The notes beneath the pieces were generated by a model. That model made no database searches. It saw nothing but the letters and a program-made list of their open reading frames with translations, and had not been told where the DNA came from. Positions 1-9,959 of a stretch of 64,000 nucleotides of DNA are shown here, one piece after another (position 1 is the first letter of the stretch; every line of letters begins with the position of its first letter). Position numbers and translations under genes: made by a program. The DNA comes from an uncultured bacterium (GTDB taxonomy: Bacteria > Babelota > Babeliae > Babelales > Babelaceae). The stretch is from positions 512,001-576,000 of the forward strand of contig CAWFXL010000001.1 in assembly GCA_963819815.1 (NCBI GenBank). The letters are read 5' to 3'.

Positions 1-520
1 CATTACAGAGAGGTAATTCACCTCTGCCGTTTACAAACCATAGTGGTATGAACTGAGCCAGGAAGAGTGCTAGATCACGATGCCCCTGCTTAATAGCAAC
101 ATCAAGGAGTGATTCAACCACGGGGATATCAAGTATATTATCCGATTGATCTTCCTGATCAGAGGCTGGAAAAAGTCGAGTCATATGTGCTCCACCAAAG
201 GTGAAAAATTTCACTGATTCAACATTCCCTGCAGATGTCGCATGGTAGATCGCCGTAAATCCCTCGAATGGCTCATCAAGATTACCGTATTCTTCACACA
301 TTTCTTCAAGTGCTTGTATATTTCCTGCACCAGCGTACTTATAAAGCTTCTCTATAGCGGTTGGTCGCAGAGGTTTTCCTATCCCAGATCGTATGCTGTG
401 GGGAGTTCGAATATACGGATAATGGTTATTTTTTGAAGTGCTGGAAGTGCGTTGTGCAGGTTCCATAGCATGTATCGAAGAGATAATGCATAAGAAAATA
501 AGATTGATTTGTTGGTGCAT
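1..520 (-). CDS. Exported ankyrin-repeat protein, 5' part (runs off window start; not in ORF track)
   Basis: Manual translation from ATG at 520 (AGGA RBS upstream): MHQQINLIFLCIISSIHAMEP...LYKYAGAGNIQALEEM...GFTAIYHATSAGNVESVKFF...SLLDVAIKQGHRDLALFL; open to position 1. Confidence 0.75.
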   Translation of the reverse strand, partial: MHQQINLIFLCIISSIHAMEPAQRTSSTSKNNHYPYIRTPHSIRSGIGKPLRPTAIEKLYKYAGAGNIQALEEMCEEYGNLDEPFEGFTAIYHATSAGNVESVKFFTFGGAHMTRLFPASDQEDQSDNILDIPVVESLLDVAIKQGHRDLALFLAQFIPLWFVNGRGELPLCN

Positions 521-1096
521 GGTAAATCCTTTGTAAAGAATGCTAACTATACCTATGCATGCATTACTACTAAATCGTATTCTTTACGATGACTTATATT
601 ATTAGCCATCCTTAAAAAGACCAAGACGAGACCTTTTTTAGATTAATTGTATGTTTCATTGAGAAAAGTATACCCGAGGAATGATGGTATTGCCACATAT
701 ATTATATTTCGAGCAGGTCCTCCCGCAAGAGTTAATGAATTCAGCATTGATTTAATGCGCCCTACCGTTTCATTAAATACTTTAAAAGCTCTTTTCAAGA
801 ATAGAAACTGTTGTGTTGTCTTGACACCATCCTTAATGAGCTTCCTCCCTAAAAAAGTTGCGCTTTTTTGCCATAACATGGCACTACGGCAGGAAGTCCT
901 TAAGCTTTTTCTCACTCAGTCTTTTCCCCTTTTACACAAGTATATGGGCACAACCTTTTCGACTTCGGTGATCTATGTGCTAGAAACTTGCAGATCAGAT
1001 CTAGAAACCTTAGAGCTCGATTTCTAAGTCGTCCTTAAATTACTAGTTACATTATGCTATGCTACAACTTGTTAGGATTACCACGGAGGATCCACT

Positions 1097-1390
1097 ATGT
1101 CCATCAACACGAAAACAAAAGATAAGATAATAGCTATTATTGCGTCTTTAATGCCACATGCTAAGATCTACCTTTATGGATCTCATGCCAGGGGAACGGC
1201 AAGCGAAGGTTCTGATATCGACCTCGCTCTGGACACGGGAGGTAAGATCCCAATGCATGAGCTTGGTGAAATTAAGAATGTTTTAGAAGGATTAAGTATC
1301 CCTAACAAACTTGATGTCGTAGATATACATTCAATCGCTCCTGAAATGTATAATGAAATAGTAAGGGATAAATTAATATGGAAAGCCTAA
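1097..1390 (+). CDS. Minimal nucleotidyltransferase (MNT) antitoxin
   Basis: LYGSHARG...SDIDL (GSx10DxD) and KLDVVD motifs; 97 aa; GGAGGA RBS; overlaps HEPN gene. Confidence 0.9.
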   Translation: MSINTKTKDKIIAIIASLMPHAKIYLYGSHARGTASEGSDIDLALDTGGKIPMHELGEIKNVLEGLSIPNKLDVVDIHSIAPEMYNEIVRDKLIWKA

Positions 1391-1782
1391 ATACGCGTCA
1401 TCGAGCGCTAAACAAATGCCTTGATAGTCTTCAGGAGTCACTGGAACTTTTTAATAGCAAGGAATACCTTAATCTCCATAAGCAGCTTCGCGACTCAGTC
1501 ATACAACGTTTTGAATTTACAATCGATACATTTTGGAAGTTTCTGCGGGAGTATCTTGAGGAAAAACACGGGGTGACTTTCTCGCTTGTCAGTCCAAGAG
1601 AAGTATTAAAAACAGCACTCACAGTACAGATTATCAAGAAACAGGACTTTGAAAGTTTTGAACAAATGCTCCAAGATCGAAATCTAACATCCCACACCTA
1701 TAATGAACTGCTAGCGGAAGAAATTAGTAATAGGATACAAAAATATTACCCGCTGCTTGATAGCATAGCGAAGCTTATTTAA
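1378..1782 (+). CDS. HEPN-domain protein (HI0074 family), toxin partner of MNT
   Basis: RDSVIQRFEFT, SPREV and RNLTSHTY (Rx4HxY) motifs. Confidence 0.9.
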   Translation: MESLNTRHRALNKCLDSLQESLELFNSKEYLNLHKQLRDSVIQRFEFTIDTFWKFLREYLEEKHGVTFSLVSPREVLKTALTVQIIKKQDFESFEQMLQDRNLTSHTYNELLAEEISNRIQKYYPLLDSIAKLI

Positions 1783-1793
1783 GTATCGGTATA

Positions 1794-1851
1794 GCGGTCT
1801 ATTATTGCAGTAAAGAATGCCATACAAACCATTGGGCTACCCTACAATATC
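1794..1851 (+). pseudogene. Relic of a MYND zinc finger
   Basis: Translates AVYYCSKECHTNHWAT, matching KVYYCSGECQKNHWPD of 7038..8936; no start codon. Confidence 0.6.
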
Positions 1852-2140
1852 TGTCTCGTATATGCTTTGTGATAATAAATTCTAGCCCCTCATCAACACC
1901 TAAAGCCTGATGTTCTCTGGCTAATCTAATAATGGACTGCTTTCCTTTCAATAAAAACTTACGAGTCCTCTTGAATAAAGATCGTATTCTTTCGTACGCG
2001 CTCTTTACTATAATCATATAGAAAACTTTATTTAGTAGTTAAACGCCAACGGATAATGGTGCTATATCGCGACGTCAACTACAAAGTTGTATTCTCCCAA
2101 ACACTGTCATTTTGGTAGACTTACTCGAAAACTATAAGGT

Positions 2141-4144
2141 TTATGCAATCGGTCTGCTGTCTGCCAAAGCCTTCAAATCTACTACAATATAATGAGTGAC
2201 TCCGCCTGGTCGGCAAATTCGCGTGAACATCCATTGATAGTTAGCATTTGTAGTATCTACTGTTAACCATGGTTTTGAGAGATCTTCAGCATTGAAAATC
2301 GTAAAGCATTTATAAATACTTTTCCCATCATCAACAGACAGAAGAGGAGGATGTTTTTTCATAAATTCTAGAAAAGCTTCTGTGCTCTGCGTTTGATCCT
2401 TGACCCCCGAAAACGAGTAGGGATTTTTGTGATACTTATATTCGTCAGGAAGCTTTTTGCTGAGCTTCTCCGCTATCTTCTTCTCGGAAACAACGACATT
2501 TCCATCTTTCAATTCTACCATAGCATAAGTAGAAATACATTCTTGAGCATCATGAAGTGAGCTTTCTTCGGACTCTCCATTTTTTCTATATGATGCTAAG
2601 CGTCGCTTGAAATGACTATCCTCGTCCACACTTTGTTCTGCGGCCTCGCGTCTAAGTTCTTCGAGAATCACTGCTTCTTTTTGAGCTTTAAATTCGTCAA
2701 AAGTTATATTTTTTTGTGCCTCTTTCATTTTTTCCTGCATTTCACGCGTACCAACAAACACTGCGCTTGGAAGTGCGTCGGCAATAATTTTTTCCATGGC
2801 AAAATTTGGAGCATTAACCATGTATTTTCTCTGCGGGTTACGCATGAGCATTACTTTTGCAGCAAAGGAATGTAAATCAACCGAAATCCCCTTTGTTCTA
2901 CCCTGAAATGCTGCTTCTGCAGTATGCGTAACGCCCATATGCGTGGTGATGAGCGCGTTAGGTGAAGAGGTAACTGTTACAAACATTTCAACATCTTTGG
3001 CAAAGGAATCACTCTCTTGCCAGAAATAATATTTCATTTCATCAGGGATTGGCTGTGGAGTTTCTGCCCTCGTAATATAGGCAACCCAGACCTCATTTGC
3101 GCTATATGAAATTTCATTTAACACCCCCTTAAAATGTAGAGCACCATCGGCTCTAGAGCCTTTCTTTGGATCCCACCCAACCCCGAGAACGCGTTCATGG
3201 CTTTGCACTTCGGCGTAGCGGAGCCATAGGGGCTGCGTACGTTCGTCAACACGCTCCATAACCAGGGTTAAATTCTTATTCGGTATTTTACTGGTATAAA
3301 AAGTATTGGAAACTTTTTGAATCGCAGGATAAAGATTTTTGCCTGCATCCTGTCGAACTGAAGCTTTGCAAGTTCTAACTTCATGTATGCGACCGCTTTC
3401 ACTAAGTCCTTTGACTATAAATTGAGTTGCAGTCTCCAAATACTCCTTGCTTCGAGGAACGTCCTCAACAAGCATATTAACCGGAATTATATTGAAACCA
3501 TCACGCACTATCCAATCCATGCCTTTAAATCCGAATTTGCTGACAAACTTAGCGAGCAATTGTTCTGCTCGTATTATATCCGCAGGCTGTAATCCCGTAT
3601 GAGATATAAGAAGCGGGCCATTAACGACAAGATTCAAAAATGCACTTACTCCTTCAACCTCTTCCTTTAAGGACTGCTCATGATCGTCATCATCATCATG
3701 TGATAGATTTTTCTTTACCTGCGCCTCAGCCTTCTCAAAAAATTTTGCAGCATAATTTTTTAGTAGACGCGATATATCATCATCGTCATCATCATGTGAT
3801 CGATTTTTCCTTAACTGTTTCTCAGCCTTCTCAAAAAATTTTTCAGTATAATTTTTTAGTAGACGCGATAAAAGTTCAAACTGCTCGGCCGTGAACATGG
3901 GCAGTTGATCAACCCCTCTTAGAGAGACAAGACGGTCAAAAAAGTATTGAAGCGAAAGTCTCTGCGCATCCAATTTACCTTGCATAAGCTCCTTTTTAAG
4001 GGCCTCCACGTTGGTCTCAAACTCTTTTTCCTTTTGTTTCTCTACCGATTCTTTCACCGATTGATCAGCACTTAAGCTTAAGCCATGACAATTATTTACA
4101 AGCGATGATACCGCCAATAGCAACAGAATGATATAATATTTCAT
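2141..4144 (-). CDS. Exported hypothetical protein, paralog of 25324..26622 (possible GNAT-like core)
   Basis: Signal peptide; DAGKNLYPAIQKVSNTFYTSKIP and DLHSFAAKVMLMRNP shared with 25324..26622. Confidence 0.8.
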   Translation of the reverse strand: MKYYIILLLLAVSSLVNNCHGLSLSADQSVKESVEKQKEKEFETNVEALKKELMQGKLDAQRLSLQYFFDRLVSLRGVDQLPMFTAEQFELLSRLLKNYTEKFFEKAEKQLRKNRSHDDDDDDISRLLKNYAAKFFEKAEAQVKKNLSHDDDDDHEQSLKEEVEGVSAFLNLVVNGPLLISHTGLQPADIIRAEQLLAKFVSKFGFKGMDWIVRDGFNIIPVNMLVEDVPRSKEYLETATQFIVKGLSESGRIHEVRTCKASVRQDAGKNLYPAIQKVSNTFYTSKIPNKNLTLVMERVDERTQPLWLRYAEVQSHERVLGVGWDPKKGSRADGALHFKGVLNEISYSANEVWVAYITRAETPQPIPDEMKYYFWQESDSFAKDVEMFVTVTSSPNALITTHMGVTHTAEAAFQGRTKGISVDLHSFAAKVMLMRNPQRKYMVNAPNFAMEKIIADALPSAVFVGTREMQEKMKEAQKNITFDEFKAQKEAVILEELRREAAEQSVDEDSHFKRRLASYRKNGESEESSLHDAQECISTYAMVELKDGNVVVSEKKIAEKLSKKLPDEYKYHKNPYSFSGVKDQTQSTEAFLEFMKKHPPLLSVDDGKSIYKCFTIFNAEDLSKPWLTVDTTNANYQWMFTRICRPGGVTHYIVVDLKALADSRPIA
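3683..3870. repeat. Intragenic 96-bp tandem duplication (32 aa with poly-Asp)
   Basis: ataattttttagtagacgcgata ends at 3774 and 3870; SRLLKNY..KFFEKAE..SHDDDDD occurs twice. Confidence 0.9.
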
Positions 4145-4364
4145 GATTTTTCTTCCAATGTCATATATTCAAGTTTTTATTCTTTTTGATAAGTATAAAA
4201 CAAAAAAAGCAGTCTGTAAAGTCGAGTGTAGAAAAATTGAGAAATCCGATTCCAAATTTCGGGTAATTTCTTGAGCGCTTAGAACGAACAATCCTTCGAT
4301 CTACCCCCTACTCTCTTGAAATTACGGAAATGACCCTTTAGGTGCAGTTTTAAGTCCACTATAC

Positions 4365-4952
4365 TTAAAGATTACAGGAATCTTTAACCCGCTTAAACCG
4401 AGTACACCCTGATATCAGAACTATGAGGGTAAATGACATAAGAAGAGGAAACAGTGCATCCGGATAAAGAATCATGAAACTAAATACGATAAACGCTTCG
4501 GCCCGCTCTACAATACTTTTTTCATCATGCATACTTTTAGGACCAGAATTTTTAAAGACGACTCCCGCAACTACAAAAGTAGAAAAGTGGAACAAAAGAG
4601 CCACTAAGAAAAGCAAATATATCATATAATGCTCTGGATATCGCCAAGCAAAAGCTAAAATAAGAGCAGACTCTACCATTCTATCTGCTATGAGATCGCA
4701 ATATGCACCAAAGGGATGCGAAGTATTTGTTAACCGCGCAATAGTGCCGTCGAGTACATCAAATAGTCCAGATAACCAGAGCAATGCCACGGCTAGTACC
4801 GGAAAGCCCAAAACTATACTCAAAGCGCTGGCAAAGCCACTCAAGAGCGCGCATACGGTTGTCTGAGTTGCGGAAAGATGAATTTTGCAGAGGTGCAGAC
4901 CAAGACTATCAAAATAGCCTTGCAATGATGGACGTAGGTGTTTATCAAGCAT
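4365..4952 (-). CDS. CDP-alcohol phosphatidyltransferase family protein
   Basis: DVLDGTIAR...GAYCDLIAD motif; hydrophobic; start reassigned to MLDKHLR (GGGAG RBS). Confidence 0.9.
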   Translation of the reverse strand: MLDKHLRPSLQGYFDSLGLHLCKIHLSATQTTVCALLSGFASALSIVLGFPVLAVALLWLSGLFDVLDGTIARLTNTSHPFGAYCDLIADRMVESALILAFAWRYPEHYMIYLLFLVALLFHFSTFVVAGVVFKNSGPKSMHDEKSIVERAEAFIVFSFMILYPDALFPLLMSFTLIVLISGCTRFKRVKDSCNL

Positions 4953-5237
4953 ATTTCTCCCATTGAAGTACTTGTACTCAACTATATCATATTTTGCTGG
5001 TTGGAAGCGAACCTGAGCGAATTCACCCCCCACGGCCGTCCACGATGAGGTTCGTGATGAGCTGAACGGAATTTGATGAGTATTATCATTGCAGCCGCCA
5101 GGACACGCCATCTCCAAAGCCACCATTAGTGCATTCTCTCGGTTGGGGGCAGAAATCTTCCCTTGTGCACTATTGACACGCGTAATTATATATGATAATG
5201 TATAAAAAAAGAAAACCATACACAATTACATATATTT

Positions 5238-5540
5238 ATGAAACACTCAATTCAACACATAGGTCCTCAACTTAAAAAAGCGCGTCTTGAAAAAGGTCTT
5301 AGCCAGCGAGCCTTAAGCTTATTGGTGGGATTACCCCAAGGACATCTCTCTAAAATAGAGAGTGGTCTTGTTGATCTCCAAATATCAAGCCTTATAGAAC
5401 TAGCACGTGCTTTGGATTTAGAATTAATGCTCATTCACCGATCTTCAGTGCAAACTGTCGAGATGCTTCAGCGGGGAATGCAAGAAAAAAAATCAGAAAC
5501 TCGTCCCATGTACAGGCTAGAGGATAAAGATGAAGAATAA
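5238..5540 (+). CDS. XRE HTH antitoxin (HipB-like)
   Basis: LKKARLEKGLSQRALS..LSKIESG HTH; overlaps HipA gene. Confidence 0.85.
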   Translation: MKHSIQHIGPQLKKARLEKGLSQRALSLLVGLPQGHLSKIESGLVDLQISSLIELARALDLELMLIHRSSVQTVEMLQRGMQEKKSETRPMYRLEDKDEE

Positions 5541-6747
5541 ACTTAGCGTCTTAGATCTATTTCTTCATAATGAAGCTATCGGCACTTTAACACGTCTTCC
5601 AGACGACAGAAACATCTTTTCTTTCAATGAAGAATATATACATAATCCACGGCGTGCTACACTAAGCCTTTCTTTTAAAGACGACCTTGGAAATTTAATC
5701 ACACAGGTAAAAACTACTAGAACTCGCCTACAACCATTTTTTGCCAATGTGCTACCGGAAGGTTTTATGCGCTCATATTTAGCAGCGCATGCCAATGTAC
5801 ACCCTGACAGAGAGTTTTTCTTACTGGCAGCACTCGGTAATGATCTGCCTGGAGCAATCAGAACAGGCCAATTAGCATTTATAACCACATCTCTTAAAGA
5901 AAAGACAGAAGAATATGTGTTACGTAATGCGCTGCATTTTTCTCTAACAGGTTTACAGCTAAAGTTTTCTGCCACATGGAAGAATAAAGACAGGCTCACC
6001 ATCCCTTTAAAAGGAACCGGAGGCAATTGGATCATAAAATTACCTTCACCAACATTCATGGGAGTTCCCCAAAATGAGTATTCTATGATGGATCTTGCCC
6101 GGCAAATTGGAATCAATGTTCCTAAAACCGCCCTTGTTAAACTAGATCAAATAAATGGTATTCCTAGCGATATTGAAAGATTTGGTTCATCTGCTTTTGT
6201 TATAGAGCGATTCGACAGAAGTGCGAATGGTGAAGTCATACATATAGAAGACTTTGCACAGATATTTGCGATTTACCCAGAAAGAAAGTATAGTGCTGCA
6301 AGCTATGGAAATATCGCAGAAGTAATTTGGGCTGAGGTAGGTGAGAATGGGCTAGCAGAATTTATTCGGCGTCTTGTATTTAATATTTTGATTGGAAATG
6401 GAGATATGCACCTTAAAAATTGGTCGCTCATCTATCTCGATAAAATAAATCCACAACTCGCCCCTGCTTATGACTACGTATCAACCGTCCCTTATTTATC
6501 TGCAGATACACTCGCGCTTAATTTCATGGGTATTAAAAACTTTCAAGCAATAACGCTTGAAAGTTTCGAAAAATTCGCTGCGCAATCGCGCCTTCCAAAA
6601 AAGCTGGTTATAGATACAGCAGTAGACACAGTAAATCGTTTTGCACGGGTCTGGCAAAGCGCTGGCACTTTGCCAATTGAAGACAAGGTAGCTGAGGCAA
6701 TTGCAATACACCTCAAAACCCTTCCATTATGGCACTTGCGCGCGTAG
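5530..6747 (+). CDS. hipA: HipA-family kinase toxin
   Basis: N-terminal PFFANVLPEG; P-loop SLTGLQLK; ERFDR; HIEDFAQ; GNGDMHLKN; LAPAYD. Confidence 0.92.
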   Translation: MKNKLSVLDLFLHNEAIGTLTRLPDDRNIFSFNEEYIHNPRRATLSLSFKDDLGNLITQVKTTRTRLQPFFANVLPEGFMRSYLAAHANVHPDREFFLLAALGNDLPGAIRTGQLAFITTSLKEKTEEYVLRNALHFSLTGLQLKFSATWKNKDRLTIPLKGTGGNWIIKLPSPTFMGVPQNEYSMMDLARQIGINVPKTALVKLDQINGIPSDIERFGSSAFVIERFDRSANGEVIHIEDFAQIFAIYPERKYSAASYGNIAEVIWAEVGENGLAEFIRRLVFNILIGNGDMHLKNWSLIYLDKINPQLAPAYDYVSTVPYLSADTLALNFMGIKNFQAITLESFEKFAAQSRLPKKLVIDTAVDTVNRFARVWQSAGTLPIEDKVAEAIAIHLKTLPLWHLRA

Positions 6748-7037
6748 CTCATCCAGCAGCACCTTTTCCTCTTGTTCCTTATGCGACTGATATTTCCTCT
6801 GAACATCTATGCTAATGGTGATCGCCTAGATGATCTACGCAGATCCCTCAGGTACCTTTCGGAACAACTTTGGGAATGTTATTACACCTCTCGGTCCCCA
6901 TTTTCTAATCGAACCGCGGGAGTGCCGGCAAAGAAAAGCAACTTTGACATTTTTCCCAATAAGTATATACTAATTGCAATATATCTAGAAATGAAAACGC
7001 CCGTTTTCTTAATGCCATAGGCCTCAAGGAATATATC

Positions 7038-8936
7038 ATGAAACGACATTTATTCATTTTCAGTCTCGGACTGTTATCCTTTCAAAGTTCTCTCCCCATG
7101 ACAAAAGTAGTCTACGATGAAGTTGCCGCAGCAGTGCGAGCTGGTGATATCCAGAAATTACGTAGTTTAAAAGGAAAAGTCGATTTTGAGGCATTGGTAG
7201 ATCCCGAGTATGGCGCGAACCCTCTTTTTTGGGCAATTGATCTTAATTCGCCTGCTGTTCTCAGGTTTTTTCTTAACGAAACCACGATAGATGTTAATAA
7301 AACAAACAACCGTAGGACAACCCCACTTCTGTTTGCCGTCGAGAGTCCCCATAGACTGGAAGTAGTCAAATTACTATTAGCAAAACCCGGAATCAACTTA
7401 CATATTAGGGGCGCTTCGGGTATGACCGCTTTAGAACGGGCAGATGAGGAATATCATACCGTTCTTCGTGAAGCAGGCGCTGAGGTACCATTAACTGAGA
7501 CCGTCTTCTCTGTGGCGATTGACTTAAATAAGAAATGGATCGTCGAAAGATTTTATCAAGAACATCCAACTGAAATTGTGGCAGCACACGTTATGCATGC
7601 TGCGCGGACTCATCGAGAATTAGCGGCATTTTTTACGGAAAAATTACTCCATGGATCGTTCGTGAGCGCAGAACACTATGATGATTATTTTATGCTTGAT
7701 TTTGGGGCGTTTTTTGCTGCCCATCCTGACGTTGAGGAGATTCAGTTTTTATATGGCCGGTTTCAGATAAGCCATATACTCACAAGACCTATTCAATCTG
7801 CATCATCGCAGGCTCCTCGCCTTACTGCTGCGCTACTCAGAAAAGAAACAAGTTGTGGAGAACAGCAAAAAAGCGCCATGATTATCATATTTAAGCCAAG
7901 CGAGTTACCGCATCAAGAGACGCCTCAAGCAACATCTGCAACCTCATCCCATCTACCACAGCGCTGCACATTGCCAACGAGGGAGCGCGATATATCTTTT
8001 GCACAAGCCATTATCCAAAGCGATCTAAAAAAAATATCAGAATTAGCCCAACAGGGCGCCGATGTAAATCAATTATTCAATGGTACTGAGACAGCAGCTC
8101 ATTTTGCTATAGCAGAGAATAATATCGAACTGCTTGGTGTTTTGGCATCATTCTCTCATTTTAACCAAAATAGTAAGAATGCTTATGGCACCTCGCTCGT
8201 GAACGCTATAGCACACCTCACCAGCCTCGTAACCCCTCCTTGGAGTTTTATTGAAGCAGCGATTAAAACTCTTACAAGCCGTGGACCTCTGCAATGGGCT
8301 GATCGTAATAGATCTGGTTTCCATTCTCTTCATATTACTCGTGCGAATGACCGCCATCTGAGATTTGCCCAACTAAGAATCAAATACGACAGATCTGTCG
8401 ATGGATCAGCCTCTGCACAAGTGGCCTTTCCCTTTTTGCCACCTGATTTTATGAGTGCACAGAGTGCTTCCTCCTCGGGGCAACCTGTTGTCCAAGGTGA
8501 TCATAACCCCCCGCAATGCGAAACTATTACTATCCGAGGTGATGGTACCGACGTTATTCCAGACCAGTATAAAGGTATTTCGTTACCACCAGGCACCTAC
8601 ACAAAAGAAGAATTTGATAAGGCGCTAAAACAAAGATATGAAAAGTTTTTAGAAGAACAAAAAAAAGTGCACAAGTGTGCTCTGTGCCAAAAAGACGCTT
8701 CATCTCGGTGTGCTAAATGCAAAAAGGTATATTACTGTAGCGGTGAATGTCAAAAAAACCACTGGCCTGATCATAGAGCGGAATTTCATGTGCCAGCACC
8801 TTGCAGCATTTGTCTTGAAATAGTAGCAGACGCGCGCCAAGAACAGTGTGGGCACCAATTTCATGCATCGTGCATAGCAAAATGGATAAAAGCCACTTGC
8901 CCGGTCTGCAAAGCTAACCTTAATCCTGCCATATAA
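7038..8936 (+). CDS. Exported ankyrin-repeat protein with C-terminal MYND and RING-H2 fingers
   Basis: Signal peptide; GANPLFWAI, TTPLLFAV, GMTALERA, TAAHFAI; CALC..CAKC..YYCSGECQKNHWPDH; CSIC..CGHQFHASCIAKW..CPVC. Confidence 0.88.
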   Translation: MKRHLFIFSLGLLSFQSSLPMTKVVYDEVAAAVRAGDIQKLRSLKGKVDFEALVDPEYGANPLFWAIDLNSPAVLRFFLNETTIDVNKTNNRRTTPLLFAVESPHRLEVVKLLLAKPGINLHIRGASGMTALERADEEYHTVLREAGAEVPLTETVFSVAIDLNKKWIVERFYQEHPTEIVAAHVMHAARTHRELAAFFTEKLLHGSFVSAEHYDDYFMLDFGAFFAAHPDVEEIQFLYGRFQISHILTRPIQSASSQAPRLTAALLRKETSCGEQQKSAMIIIFKPSELPHQETPQATSATSSHLPQRCTLPTRERDISFAQAIIQSDLKKISELAQQGADVNQLFNGTETAAHFAIAENNIELLGVLASFSHFNQNSKNAYGTSLVNAIAHLTSLVTPPWSFIEAAIKTLTSRGPLQWADRNRSGFHSLHITRANDRHLRFAQLRIKYDRSVDGSASAQVAFPFLPPDFMSAQSASSSGQPVVQGDHNPPQCETITIRGDGTDVIPDQYKGISLPPGTYTKEEFDKALKQRYEKFLEEQKKVHKCALCQKDASSRCAKCKKVYYCSGECQKNHWPDHRAEFHVPAPCSICLEIVADARQEQCGHQFHASCIAKWIKATCPVCKANLNPAI

Positions 8937-9258
8937 CCCAGGGGCTTTTATCAAGGCAACAACTGGGGTCTGGTTTGACTCTGCATGAGTCGTTTTAGGG
9001 AGAGAAGAAAAGAAGAAAGAAGCCAAGATGAATCTTGGCTTCTTCGATAAAGTTACCTATTAATTCGCTTTATGCTCAGCATAATATTATCGAATTCAGT
9101 GTTTACGGTAACTATCAAGAATTATCAGCAAAACACCATAGCTGTGGCCAATGTTACACTGGCCAAAAACAGGTCCTGCAAATCCAGGAGGAAATGTTAA
9201 TTTGCGGTGAGGTAACATTCGCCTAAAAATTTACCTGCTTGATTTGTGGTCGGCTTTA

Positions 9259-9494
9259 TTAATTGCCGATCAATAAGTTCTTTAAGCGTATTATTAGTTG
9301 AACCCGCTTCTCAACAGAAATATCCTCAGCCTTTAACGCTTCAAGAATTTCGTACATATCACTTCTCATCACCCTAGCGCCTTGTCTCTGTCCTGTGCAT
9401 CTTGTAGAACTTTTGCTGCAGGACCAGACGAGCCCATTGCCACATAAGAATGGCCGACAATAGCAAGAACTATAAAGCTTCGTGATAAATTCAT
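9259..9494 (-). pseudogene. Frameshifted exported-protein gene relic
   Basis: ATG 9494 gives signal-like MNLSRSFIVLAIVGHSYVAMG-SSGP.. and stops after ~41 codons; a protein-like helix continues in another frame (MYEILEALKAEDISVEKRVQL). Confidence 0.45.
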
Positions 9495-9813
9495 ACATGG
9501 ACCTTTCATTAATGATTGTTAAGTTATTACGCTCAAAAGTTTAGAGGTTAAAAAAAAATAATCAACGTGTTGTTAGGACCATTGAATCGAAGAATCAGCA
9601 AATTTAAAAAAATTTGCATCCCGGCAAGACTTACCATTTAGCGTTAGGTTAAATTCGCATAGACAGAGTAAGATCTCCTATTAATTTAATAAACAGATTT
9701 TTGTTCAAGGAAGCTTTCTCGCATCGTAAGAAAATTCATCTTTACTGGATGCCACGCCGAAAGTCTTATGGAGAGCCTAGAGACACTCGTACGCATTTCG
9801 CCTCTTGTATCCC

Positions 9814-9842
9814 TTGACTACTATATTTAAATATAGTAGTCT
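9814..9842 (+). promoter_or_regulatory. Sigma70 promoter overlapped by a perfect 26-bp palindromic operator
   Basis: TTGACT-N17-TAGTCT; gactactatatttaaatatagtagtc (9816..9841) is self-complementary. Confidence 0.75.
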
Positions 9843-9854
9843 TAAATAGAGTAG

Positions 9855-9959
9855 CCTCACCCGCTATCGATAATAATATTGCTCGCTATAGGTAACAAAA
9901 GAAACCAAAAGAACGATATTGAGATCGCCCGCGAGCGCATGATGGGGAGTAATAAATGA
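9855..9959 (+). pseudogene. C-terminal relic of a RelE/HigB-type toxin
   Basis: SIIILLAIGNKRNQKNDIEIARERMM*; ATGA overlap with downstream HTH gene; in-frame stop at 9852. Confidence 0.7.

Noticed and set aside
643..1027. Overlapping ORFs 643..915 (-) and 647..1027 (+)
   Set aside because: No recognisable motif or RBS; may be a decayed gene but cannot be supported
4953..5225. N-terminal extension of the CDP-alcohol transferase, and a tRNA-3'-like ccaggacacgcca at ~5098-5110 as a possible att site
   Set aside because: Better start at 4952; no T-loop or cloverleaf and no integrase or partner repeat in the window
6750..6930. Minus-strand coding-like relic next to hipA
   Set aside because: Multiple stops and no identifiable family
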